NCBI GenBank assembly: GCA_022821905.1 | Contig: JAJECS010000030.1 | Coordinates: forward strand, 8,586 to 72,585 | DNA: 64,000 bases | Direction: 5' to 3' | From: Chloroflexota bacterium | GTDB taxonomy: Bacteria > Chloroflexota > UBA11872 | Part shown: positions 56,494 to 64,000 of the stretch, piece by piece | How positions within the stretch are numbered: the stretch's first letter is position 1 | Layout of the letters: every line of letters begins with the position of its first letter | Notes under the pieces: model-generated | Told to the model about the DNA's origin: nothing | The model's input: the letters and a program-made list of their open reading frames with translations, nothing else | Databases searched by the model: none | Position numbers and translations under genes: made by a program

Positions 56494-57510
56494 TTAGGCA
56501 CGGCGCCGACTCCGAACCGCCAGCGCGATCGCAGCAGCGGCGGTCACCAGGCCCAGGGCGCCCACGACTATGCCGACGATGCCAATGACCCGCGCGCCGG
56601 CCGCCTCGTCGAGCGCCTCGTCCGCCGACGCCTGCGAGCTGCGCACCACTCCCTCGAGCTCTCGCACGCTGGGAAGCGTGACGGGGAATTGCGCGGCGGC
56701 GCGAGACTGAACGGCATCAAAAGTGTTGGCGCCCGACTCGAAGGACTCGTCGAACGGCTGCCCCTCGATGCTGCCAACGAATCGGAACCGATAGCCGCCG
56801 GGTTGCGTCGGGATGAAGTCCGCCGTGTAAGCGCCGGGGTGCTCGAACAGCGGCGCGAGCGCCATGACCGTCGACTGCCCCGACGAGATGTGGGTGACCT
56901 CGACTTGCAGGGTGTCCTCCAGGCCGGTCACGGGCCCGCCCAGGCCGGCGGCGGCGTGGGCCTCATCCGTATGCATGCCGCTCGCGATGAGCTGGGGCTC
57001 GCCGGTGCGGTTCACAAACACGACGGTGGTTTCAGGCTGCACCCGAAGCATGGGCGGCACGGCGCCGTCGGCGTGCAATTCGATCTCGACGCGGCTTGCC
57101 TCCGGCGCGTCGCGCGTGACTTCAATCGATCCGGCAATGTCGGGATCGATATGGCTGTGGTAGGGAATGGTCATGCCGTCGAGGCCGTGGGGAATCTCCG
57201 CCTCGAAGGATTCGCCATCCTCGAAGGGCGTGGACACGAAGATTCCGCCGTGGGCCGTGACGTCCGACATCTGGCCGCCGGCCATATCGTGTGACTCCTG
57301 GGCCCCTGGCTGGCTCTCGCCTTTGGTCACCTCGAGGAACACGGCGTTGAGATAGCCCTCGTAGGCGGGTTCGTTGAGGAAGCCGACGACCACGTCGTAG
57401 CCGGCGGATTCCCGGCCCTCGTGCGCCAGCGCGCCCGCGGTCGCGGTGGCGGTGAGGGCGACCGCCGCCGCCAGTGCGCGCGCCACGGCGCGCGCGGATA
57501 TCAATTTCAT
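56494..57510 (-). CDS. Secreted, C-terminally membrane-anchored Met/His-rich protein with a cupredoxin-like segment (candidate copper-binding protein, YcnI/CopC-neighbourhood type)
   Basis: A signal peptide with cleavage giving an N-terminal His (ALA/HEG); an HDMAGGQMSDVTAHGG Met/His motif; VVFVNRTGEPQLIASGMHTDEAH is cupredoxin-like; a C-terminal TM helix plus basic tail. Confidence 0.45.
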   Translation of the reverse strand: MKLISARAVARALAAAVALTATATAGALAHEGRESAGYDVVVGFLNEPAYEGYLNAVFLEVTKGESQPGAQESHDMAGGQMSDVTAHGGIFVSTPFEDGESFEAEIPHGLDGMTIPYHSHIDPDIAGSIEVTRDAPEASRVEIELHADGAVPPMLRVQPETTVVFVNRTGEPQLIASGMHTDEAHAAAGLGGPVTGLEDTLQVEVTHISSGQSTVMALAPLFEHPGAYTADFIPTQPGGYRFRFVGSIEGQPFDESFESGANTFDAVQSRAAAQFPVTLPSVRELEGVVRSSQASADEALDEAAGARVIGIVGIVVGALGLVTAAAAIALAVRSRRRA

Positions 57511-57588
57511 GTGAGTTCTCCTGAGGGCATGTGCCCGGCGGCGCGAGACAAGATGCTGCGCCAGCCGTGAAGGTCATCGACGAGTCGA

Positions 57589-57936
57589 CTAGCTCCGAGG
57601 CGGTGGATGCGCGGCCTGCGGCGCCCACTCGGTCACGCGTTGGGTCGTTTGCGTGGTTCGTCGCGAGGCGATGAGCAGTAGGGCCGTGGCCATCAGCGCC
57701 GGGAGCACGCCGGCGAGCAGACCAAAGGCGCCCTCGGGAAATTCGCCCGACGACGCCTCCGATTCAGTTTCCAGCGGCGCGTCGCCGGTCGCGAAATGCA
57801 CGTGGCGGTGCCCCTCGTGCCCGGGCGGAACCTCGATGCCAATGGCCTGCGCGAGCCACACGGTCAGCAGGGGCGCGGCCAGGGCAAGCAGCGCCGCGCG
57901 CGCGAGCATGCGCCCGCCGAGGCTGGATGGGGTCAT
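57589..57936 (-). CDS. Small His-rich bitopic membrane protein (about 115 aa) in the copper gene neighbourhood
   Basis: An N-terminal signal/TM segment, a PPGHEGHRHVHF His cluster, an acidic linker and a C-terminal TM helix; the start is uncertain (57936 or 57906). Confidence 0.4.
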   Translation of the reverse strand: MTPSSLGGRMLARAALLALAAPLLTVWLAQAIGIEVPPGHEGHRHVHFATGDAPLETESEASSGEFPEGAFGLLAGVLPALMATALLLIASRRTTQTTQRVTEWAPQAAHPPPRS

Positions 57937-58021
57937 GGCAGTCACGATTCGCGGAAACCGTTCACGCGCACCAGCCAAGCTTACTGCCGCCGGAGGACGG
58001 TAACGCGAACGGCTTCCTCGG

Positions 58022-58294
58022 CTAGACGCGCGCCGACATGTCGACGGGAAGGACAACCAGCATGGTGGAGCCGGCGCTGCCGGCAGACGCACCATCGCTG
58101 CCAGCGGCAACATTGGCCCGGATGTGGTCGATGACCGTTTCGACTTCCCGTTCGGCCACGCCGACCAGCAGGGTCACGTTGCCGCGCCTGAGGAAACCGC
58201 CCGTGGTGTTGATGCGCGTGACGCGGAAATCGTCCGCAACCAGCGCCGCCTGGACCGTGTTGGCGTCGTCGTTCGACAACACGGCGAGCACCAT
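58022..58294 (-). CDS. darA: PII-like cyclic-di-AMP receptor (DarA/PstA, DUF970 family)
   Basis: MVLAVLSNDDANTVQAALVADDFRVTRINTTGGFLRRGNVTLLVGV aligns with B. subtilis DarA (YaaQ). Confidence 0.7.
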   Translation of the reverse strand: MVLAVLSNDDANTVQAALVADDFRVTRINTTGGFLRRGNVTLLVGVAEREVETVIDHIRANVAAGSDGASAGSAGSTMLVVLPVDMSARV

Positions 58295-58377
58295 GCGTTC
58301 AACCGGAATCTCGGGAAGCACCAGTCAGCAGCAGGGGATGGGCAGCGCGCGACGCTAGCACCGGCTGAATCTAGGGG

Positions 58378-59205
58378 TCAATCTCCCGGTGGCGGGAACG
58401 CCACGTGCAAGTCGTGCGCATGCGCAAGCTCGATCATGGCTTGATGGATGCGCCCGTTGCTAATCACACAGCGCCGGCTGTCGGGGCCCATGGGACGCCA
58501 ATAAATGTCCGTGGCGCGACCGCCGGCCCGCTCGACGATCAGCGACGCCGCCGCCTGGTCCCACCACTTGACGTTGCCAAGGAGCGCGCCGTCGAAGCGG
58601 CCGGCACCCACCCACGCCATCTCGAGAGCGGCGCTGCCGGTCAGGCGGACGCGATGGAAGGTGGAGGCCGCAGCGGCCAGCGCCACGTGAAGGCGCTGGG
58701 AGTCCTCGCGCGACATACCCGCCTGCGCCCACGCGACGGCTGATTCGGCGGGGTCGTCGCGGTCCGTGACGCGCACTGTTGTTCCGTTGCACTCCGCGGA
58801 CCCGTCGGAGGTGGCCGTGAACAGCTCGTCGCGCACCGGATCGAAAATCACGCCGACGTCCACCCGCCCGTGGGATGCATGCGCCACGCTGACGCAAAAC
58901 TGCGGCTGGCCGCGTGAGTAATTGTCGGTGCCGTCGAGCGGATCGATGACCCAAACGTCGGGTCCCAGCGTGTCGTCGTGAGGCACTTCCTCGGAGAGAA
59001 TCACATGGCCGGGGAACCGGGCGAGCAGCACCTCGCGAATGGCGCGGTCGGCAGCCATATCGGCGTCCGTGACGACCGTTGTCTCCCCTTGATAGGTCTT
59101 CCAGCGAATGTCGATGACGCCGACCAACCGCCGGACGAGCTCGTCGCCGGCCGCCCGAGCCGCGTCGATGGCGGCCTCGAGCATCGCAGCGGAGTCCGCG
59201 GTCAT
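58378..59205 (-). CDS. Inositol monophosphatase family protein (SuhB/CysQ-like)
   Basis: IMPase motifs ...EE.. , VWVIDPLDGTDNY and WDQAAASLIV. Confidence 0.8.
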   Translation of the reverse strand: MTADSAAMLEAAIDAARAAGDELVRRLVGVIDIRWKTYQGETTVVTDADMAADRAIREVLLARFPGHVILSEEVPHDDTLGPDVWVIDPLDGTDNYSRGQPQFCVSVAHASHGRVDVGVIFDPVRDELFTATSDGSAECNGTTVRVTDRDDPAESAVAWAQAGMSREDSQRLHVALAAAASTFHRVRLTGSAALEMAWVGAGRFDGALLGNVKWWDQAAASLIVERAGGRATDIYWRPMGPDSRRCVISNGRIHQAMIELAHAHDLHVAFPPPGD

Positions 59206-59438
59206 GACTTGCAAGCGGCACGCCGACCGAACGGCATCGAGCTGGTCGTAGGCGCTGGGCGCATATGCGTGGGGGATTGCCGTCCGTTCTGCCTGACGGC
59301 GGCATGATAGACGGCGGCTCAGCCAGGGACCACGGCGCACGGTGTGGTTCGACGAGCTCACCACCTACGGCGCGGTGGACCATGGCGCGCACGGGGTACG
59401 CTAGCGGCCATGCCCCGCACGCATCGAGAGCGCACTGC

Positions 59439-60614
59439 ATGCATCCGCTGACGTTTGCCGATCAAGAGCTCACCGACCTCCGCGGCCAGGGCCTCTGGCG
59501 GCCCCTGCGCGTCCTGGAGTCCCCGCAAGGTCCGCGTATTCGCATCGGCGGGCACGACCTGCTGAACATGTCGTCGAACGACTATCTCGGGCTGGCCAAT
59601 GACCCGGAAATGCGCGCCGCCGCTCAGGCCGCGGTGGAGGAGTTCGGCGCGGGCGCCGGCGCGGTGCGGACCATCGCCGGGACGATGGAAATCCACGAGG
59701 CGCTGGAACGCGAGATCGCCGAGTGGAAGGGCGTGGAAGCGACCCTGGTCCTGCAATCCGGATTCGCCGCCAATCTGGGCGCGGTGGCTTCGCTGGTGGG
59801 GCGCGACGACGTGATCCTCAGCGACGAGCTCAACCACGCCAGCATCATCGACGCCTGCCGGCTCAGCCGCGCCACGGTCCGCCGCTTCGCCCATGGCGAC
59901 GCGGATTCGTTGCGCACCGAGCTGCGGCAGTGCGAGAGCTATCCGCGCAAGCTGGTAGTGACCGACGGGGTGTTCAGCATGGACGGCGACATCGCGCCGC
60001 TGCCCGATCTGGTCGAGGTTGCCGAGGAATTCGGCGCGATGGTGATGGTGGACGATGCTCACGGCAGCGGCGTGCTCGGGCGGGGCGGGCGCGGCAGCGT
60101 GGACCACTTCGGCCTCAAGGGGCGCGTCCACGTGCAAATGGGCACGCTTTCCAAGGCCATCGGATCCATGGGCGGTTACCTGGCAGGCTCTCAAACGCTG
60201 CGCGACTACCTGATCCACCATGCCCGGCCGTTCCTGTTTTCGACCTCGCATCCGCCGGCGGTGGTGGGCGCCACGCGGGCCGCCATCGCCATTCTGTCGC
60301 GGGACACGCAACGGGTGGAGCGGCTGTGGGAAAACGCCCGCCACTTCAAGGCCGGCCTGGCGGACCTCGGGCTAAACACGGGACGAAGCGAGACGCCGAT
60401 CACGCCGGTGATCGTGGGTGAGGCGGAGACGGCCCACGCCCTGAGCGACAAGCTCCGCAGTCTGGGGATATTCGTCCAGAGCGTGGCGTATCCGACGGTG
60501 GCTCGTGACGCCGCGCGGGTGCGCGTGATGGTGAGCGCCGCCCACAGTCGCGACGACCTGGACGAGGCCATCCGCGCGTTTGCCCAGGCAGCCGACGATC
60601 TTGGCCTCAACTGA
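59439..60614 (+). CDS. kbl: 2-amino-3-ketobutyrate CoA ligase (glycine C-acetyltransferase), PLP-dependent, class II aminotransferase fold
   Basis: AVRTIAGTMEIHEALEREIAEW and DELNHASIIDA match the Kbl signature better than BioF; the PLP lysine lies in GTLSKAIG. Confidence 0.75.
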   Translation: MHPLTFADQELTDLRGQGLWRPLRVLESPQGPRIRIGGHDLLNMSSNDYLGLANDPEMRAAAQAAVEEFGAGAGAVRTIAGTMEIHEALEREIAEWKGVEATLVLQSGFAANLGAVASLVGRDDVILSDELNHASIIDACRLSRATVRRFAHGDADSLRTELRQCESYPRKLVVTDGVFSMDGDIAPLPDLVEVAEEFGAMVMVDDAHGSGVLGRGGRGSVDHFGLKGRVHVQMGTLSKAIGSMGGYLAGSQTLRDYLIHHARPFLFSTSHPPAVVGATRAAIAILSRDTQRVERLWENARHFKAGLADLGLNTGRSETPITPVIVGEAETAHALSDKLRSLGIFVQSVAYPTVARDAARVRVMVSAAHSRDDLDEAIRAFAQAADDLGLN

Positions 60615-60701
60615 GGGGCACATGTCAGGGATCGATGTCGAAGAACATGGTGGGAATCGAGCCGCAATCGCCGGGTCCCGGTCGATGCTCAACACGGGCA
60701 G

Positions 60702-61835
60702 TTGCGGAGTGGCCCGGTGCTAGAATCCCGCTCACCTGCGACGGAGGACTTGGCGGCGGTGGCCGATCAGCTCGAAGAGCTCCGGCGCGCGGTGGACGCG
60801 TCGGATGATGAGTTGATTCGGCTGCTGAGCGAGCGGGCGTCCGTGGTCCGCCGAATCGGCACCCTCAAGTCCGCGGCCTCGAGCCCGTCATATGCCCCGG
60901 ATCGCGAGCGCGCGATCCTGGACCGGGTCGCGGCGCAAAATCCGGGTCCCCTGACCGCGGCGCACATCCGAGACATCTTTCGCGAGATCATCTCGGCGTG
61001 CCGCAGCCTCGAGGAGCCCGAGCGGGTGGTGTTCCTCGGGCCCGCCTACACCTTCAGCCATGAGGCCGCGCGCGCCCACTTCGGACGCTCAGCCGGCTAT
61101 CTCCCCGCCGAGTCGTTTCGCGAGGTCTTTGCTCACGTCGAACGTGGCGATGCGGCCTATGGCCTCGTGCCAGTTGAAAACTCAACCAGCGGAACGATTG
61201 GGGAAACCCTGGATCTGTTTGCCGAGCACGATGTAGCGATTTGCGGGGAAGTGGTGGTGCCCATCTCGCACAACCTCATCGCCGCGACCATCGAGGACAC
61301 CTACACGACGGTCTTCTCACACGCTCAGGCTCTGCACCAGTGCCGCGACTGGCTCGCGCGCCAATTGCCGGCAGCCACGCGACACGAGGTGGCAAGCACC
61401 TCGGAGGCCGCTCAGCGCGCCAGCGGACAGCCCGGAACGGCCGCCATCGGCACCGTGGCCGCCGCCGAGGCCTATGGGCTGACGGTGGTGCGGCGGCACA
61501 TCCAGGACCTTGCGGCCAACCGGACCCGCTTCTACGTGCTCGCGCGCCGGCCCGCGAGCCGCACCGGGAGGGACCGGACCGCGCTGCTGGTTTCCATCCG
61601 CGACCGCGTGGGAGCGCTGCACGACATGCTGGGCATGCTACGCAGCCACGACGTGAATCTGAACTTCATCCAGTCGCGTCCATCCCGCACAAAGCCCGGC
61701 GACTACCTGTTCTTCCTCGAACTGACCGGGCACCCGGACGACCCGAACGTGGAGCCAGCGCTGACCGAGCTTGCCCGCACGAGCGTGCTCGCGCGCGTGC
61801 TCGGCGCCTGGCCGGTCAGCCCGGCGCCTGACTAA
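60702..61835 (+). CDS. pheA: Bifunctional chorismate mutase / prephenate dehydratase (P-protein)
   Basis: An N-terminal chorismate mutase helix (LEELRRAVDASDDELIRLLSERASVVRRIGTLK), a PDT domain (VVFLGPAYTFSHEAA...) and a C-terminal ACT domain (ALLVSIRDRVGALHDML). Confidence 0.85.
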   Translation: MRSGPVLESRSPATEDLAAVADQLEELRRAVDASDDELIRLLSERASVVRRIGTLKSAASSPSYAPDRERAILDRVAAQNPGPLTAAHIRDIFREIISACRSLEEPERVVFLGPAYTFSHEAARAHFGRSAGYLPAESFREVFAHVERGDAAYGLVPVENSTSGTIGETLDLFAEHDVAICGEVVVPISHNLIAATIEDTYTTVFSHAQALHQCRDWLARQLPAATRHEVASTSEAAQRASGQPGTAAIGTVAAAEAYGLTVVRRHIQDLAANRTRFYVLARRPASRTGRDRTALLVSIRDRVGALHDMLGMLRSHDVNLNFIQSRPSRTKPGDYLFFLELTGHPDDPNVEPALTELARTSVLARVLGAWPVSPAPD

Positions 61836-62068
61836 TCCGGGCCTACGGCGCCGGCGCGGTGTTGGGCATGCAGACGACGCGCCAACTCTCGCCGCGCCAG
61901 AAAGATGCGGCGACCGCAGCCGGTGCAGCGGAGCCCGACGTCACCGCCCACCCGCGTCACGGTCCAGGTGTCCGCGCCGCACGGATGCGCCTTGCGCATG
62001 CGCACCGTTTCTCCGACGGTGAACTGGGGGACGTCTGCGGAATGCGAGGCGCTCGGCGGGTCGGTCAC
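61832..62068 (-). CDS. DUF951-family small protein
   Basis: FTVGETVRMRKAHPCG...WTVTRVGGDVGLRCTGCGRRIFLARRELARRL matches the DUF951 pattern; shares 4-nt overlaps with pyrF (upstream) and pheA (convergent). Confidence 0.6.
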   Translation of the reverse strand: MTDPPSASHSADVPQFTVGETVRMRKAHPCGADTWTVTRVGGDVGLRCTGCGRRIFLARRELARRLHAQHRAGAVGPD

Positions 62069-62952
62069 GCCGAGCGCACGGCGTTGATCCGGTCGCGCAT
62101 CTCGCGCACGGCGCCGCGCGCCGCCAGCGCATAGTCGGCGTCGGCGGACGCCCAGAGCGCGGAGCGCCCGGCGTTGATGAGCACTCCGGCAGGCGCATTG
62201 CCAAATCCGGCACGCACGACAGCTTCCAGGTCGCCACCCTGGACGCCGACGCCCGGCGCCAGCAATGGGACCGTTGGCGCCGCGGCGCGCACGCGCCGCA
62301 CGTCGTCGGCCCGGGTGGCGCCCACGACCGTCCCTATATTGCCGCTGCCCGCCCGTGCACCGATCTCACCAGCGAGTCGAACGTACAGCGGGTCAGAGTC
62401 TGCGGAACTGCCTTGGACCTCATCCGCGCCGGGATTGCTGCTGCGCGTCCACACGAACACCCCGCGGGACGGATCGGCCAGCATTGGCTCGACCGTTTCC
62501 CAGCCGCCGTAGACATCGACCGTCACCGCGTCGGCGTCGAAGGCATCGAACGCTGCCCGGGCGTATTGCTCGACCGAATCGGATATATCGCCAAACTTGC
62601 CGTCGAGAATCACGATGGCGCGATGATCGATATGTTCAATGATGTCGCTAAGCAACCGGATTCCATCAGATCCCATGGCAAGATAAAACGCGAGATTAGG
62701 CTTGAGAGCCGCCACATCTTCAACAGATGCGTCAACAACATTTCGCAGGAATATCCCAGCGCCTTCGATGGTGTGCGGGACATTTCGGGGCAACCGCTGG
62801 AGCAGGACATCCAGTCCGAGACACACCCACGACTGCTTGGCCTCAGCTTCGGTCCACAGCCTTGCCGAGAAACCCGGTGGATCGGCGGGAGTGCTGGCGG
62901 CTTCGACGTGATCGGCCGTCGACGGCGGACGATGGCTCATGCTGGGCGGCAA
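62065..62952 (-). CDS. pyrF: Orotidine 5'-phosphate decarboxylase, type 2
   Basis: VCLGLDVL..., ILDGKFGDISDS (the catalytic Lys/Asp region) and the length and profile of actinobacterial-type PyrF. Confidence 0.8.
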   Translation of the reverse strand: MPPSMSHRPPSTADHVEAASTPADPPGFSARLWTEAEAKQSWVCLGLDVLLQRLPRNVPHTIEGAGIFLRNVVDASVEDVAALKPNLAFYLAMGSDGIRLLSDIIEHIDHRAIVILDGKFGDISDSVEQYARAAFDAFDADAVTVDVYGGWETVEPMLADPSRGVFVWTRSSNPGADEVQGSSADSDPLYVRLAGEIGARAGSGNIGTVVGATRADDVRRVRAAAPTVPLLAPGVGVQGGDLEAVVRAGFGNAPAGVLINAGRSALWASADADYALAARGAVREMRDRINAVRSA

Positions 62953-62991
62953 TGGTAGCCTATCGTCCGCCGATCAGACCGCATCCGGTGA

Positions 62992-63228
62992 GTGCCGATG
63001 AATCTCCGCAAGCTGTTCCGGAGAGACCCGGCCCCCGGCGAGTTGCCGATCCGCCACACCATCAAGGTGATGCCAAGGGAAACGCTGCGGACGATCGCCG
63101 AGCGCGAATACGGCGACCAACATCAGTGGGAGATTATCTTCGAACGCAATAGGTGGCGATTCGACGGCGAGGATCCTCAGGCGGTTTATCCCGGAATGGA
63201 TCTCGACATCCCGGAACCCGCGACTTAA
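62992..63228 (+). CDS. Small LysM-domain protein
   Basis: HTIKVMPRETLRTIAEREYGD...IYPGMDLDIP follows the LysM consensus. Confidence 0.55.
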   Translation: MPMNLRKLFRRDPAPGELPIRHTIKVMPRETLRTIAEREYGDQHQWEIIFERNRWRFDGEDPQAVYPGMDLDIPEPAT

Positions 63229-63244
63229 GGCAACGCCGGCTTTC

Positions 63245-63331
63245 GGTGCCGAAGGTCGGGATCGAACCGACACGAGGAGTTACCTCACTGGTTTTTGAGA
63301 CCAGCGCGTCTACCAATTCCGCCACTTCGGC
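63245..63331 (-). tRNA. tRNA-Leu (anticodon CAA) with a long variable arm
   Basis: Reverse complement GCCGAAGTGGCGGAATTGGTAGACGCGCTGGTCTCAAAACCAGTGAGGTAACTCCTCGTGTCGGTTCGATCCCGACCTTCGGCACC. Confidence 0.85.
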
Positions 63332-63335
63332 GCGT

Positions 63336-63411
63336 GGCAGGAGTGGAGGGACTCGAACCCCCGACCTACGGTTTTGGAGACCGTTGCTCTAGCCAACTGA
63401 GCTACACTCCT
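63336..63411 (-). tRNA. tRNA-Trp (anticodon CCA)
   Basis: Reverse complement AGGAGTGTAGCTCAGTTGGCTAGAGCAACGGTCTCCAAAACCGTAGGTCGGGGGTTCGAGTCCCTCCACTCCTGCC; 4 nt from tRNA-Leu. Confidence 0.85.
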
Positions 63412-63638
63412 CTGCCCGGTTCACGGTAGCACAGGATTCGCGCGCCGCGGTCGCCGTCTTGAGCCCGGCGCGAGCCTGACGCTCGACCGACAACGCTTGC
63501 CTGAATACGTGCCATCGGCATCACCAAACGGGGCGATCTTTCCGTCATTCTGGTTACTGGGTCCATAGCCTAATTTAAACTTCCTATTAAACCCAATCGC
63601 GTAAGTAATCCAGTGAACCTTTGGGTCGATCCCGGCCT

Positions 63639-63686
63639 GGATTCCCGCTCCCCGCCTTCGCGGGGACAGGCTTCGCGGGAATGACG
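63639..63686. repeat. Expanded copy of the dispersed repeat with a nested inner hairpin (GGATTCCCGC-TCCCCGCCTTCGCGGGGACAGGCTTC-GCGGGAATGACG)
   Basis: Outer arms identical to the other copies; the inner CCCCGC-CTTC-GCGGGG is a second hairpin. Confidence 0.7.
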
Positions 63687-63766
63687 AGTGGCTAACTCTG
63701 GATCATTATCCAGAACTTATATCTTAATCACACTTGTGAGTTTCGAAGGGAACAGGTTGGTGCTTA

Positions 63767-64000
63767 TTACTTTCCGAATAGAAACTTCGCATACGTCAAT
63801 CTGCATCCACGGCGATCGAATTCCTGACCTCCGATCGGCCTGGGTGCGGACCGCTCGTCGTGCATCCAGCGCCTGTATTCGCTCCAAACGTCGTCTGCCC
63901 CGCTGTCCGGCTTGAAGACAATGCGGCCGTTCCAGCGGTACGTTTCGCCGGCCTGGCACTCCTTGATCACGATGCCGAAGTCCCACGCGGGGTTGCGCGG
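63767..64000 (-). CDS. 3' part of a gene of unknown function whose start lies beyond the window end
   Basis: The frame is open from position 64000 to the stop at 63767-63769 (...NPAWDFGIVIKECQAGETYRWNGRIVFKPDSGADDVWSEYRRWMHDE...). Confidence 0.4.
   Translation of the reverse strand, partial: PRNPAWDFGIVIKECQAGETYRWNGRIVFKPDSGADDVWSEYRRWMHDERSAPRPIGGQEFDRRGCRLTYAKFLFGK

Noticed and set aside
57653-58003. Plus-strand 116-aa ORF overlapping the His-rich small gene
   Set aside because: Low-complexity Ala/Arg/Ser translation; the minus-strand frame has a signal peptide, a His cluster and TM organisation consistent with its operon

Overview
This window is a high-GC (about 68-70%), gene-dense segment of a bacterial chromosome with roughly 60 genes on both strands. 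A Chloroflexota- or Actinomycetota-like host is only a guess from composition and gene content.

The clearest housekeeping genes are a partial sthA-like oxidoreductase, trpS, a NUDIX hydrolase, a transketolase-like TPP enzyme, PPK2, the glycogen phosphorylase glgP, a 7Fe ferredoxin, kbl, pheA, pyrF and a DarA-like c-di-AMP receptor. There are five tRNAs: Val-TAC and Phe-GAA, a second variant Phe-GAA about 2 kb downstream, and Leu-CAA plus Trp-CCA on the minus strand.

The accessory content is the more interesting part:
- A 2090-aa secreted protein built from about 50 tandem RCC1-like beta-propeller repeats (45592-51807).
- A cluster of three Fe(II)/2-oxoglutarate dioxygenases (two PhyH-like, one TauD-like) with a GrpB protein, a cytoplasmic BNR/sialidase-like protein and an ABC exporter (22023-28324).
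- A copper module: a CopC-CopD-cytochrome c fusion, a Met/His-rich cupredoxin-like membrane-anchored protein and a small His-rich membrane protein (54163-57936).
- A near-identical tandem duplication of a lipoprotein cyclophilin gene next to a PspC/LiaF-like envelope-stress pair, with a third cyclophilin paralog elsewhere.
- An orphan NYN-domain gene flanked by long intergenic regions.
- A translationally coupled pair of hypothetical genes (a membrane protein plus a soluble protein).

Two families of small hairpin-forming dispersed repeats recur in intergenic DNA: GGATTCCCGCCTTCGCGGGAATGACG with at least 6-7 copies, and GGGCGGGTTTGAAACCCGCCCCTACCCCGC with 3 copies. No CRISPR array, integrase or transposase was recognised. 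Many long antisense ORFs in the six-frame track are high-GC artefacts. Coordinates read directly from the sequence lines (tRNAs, repeats, hairpins) may be off by 1-2 nt.
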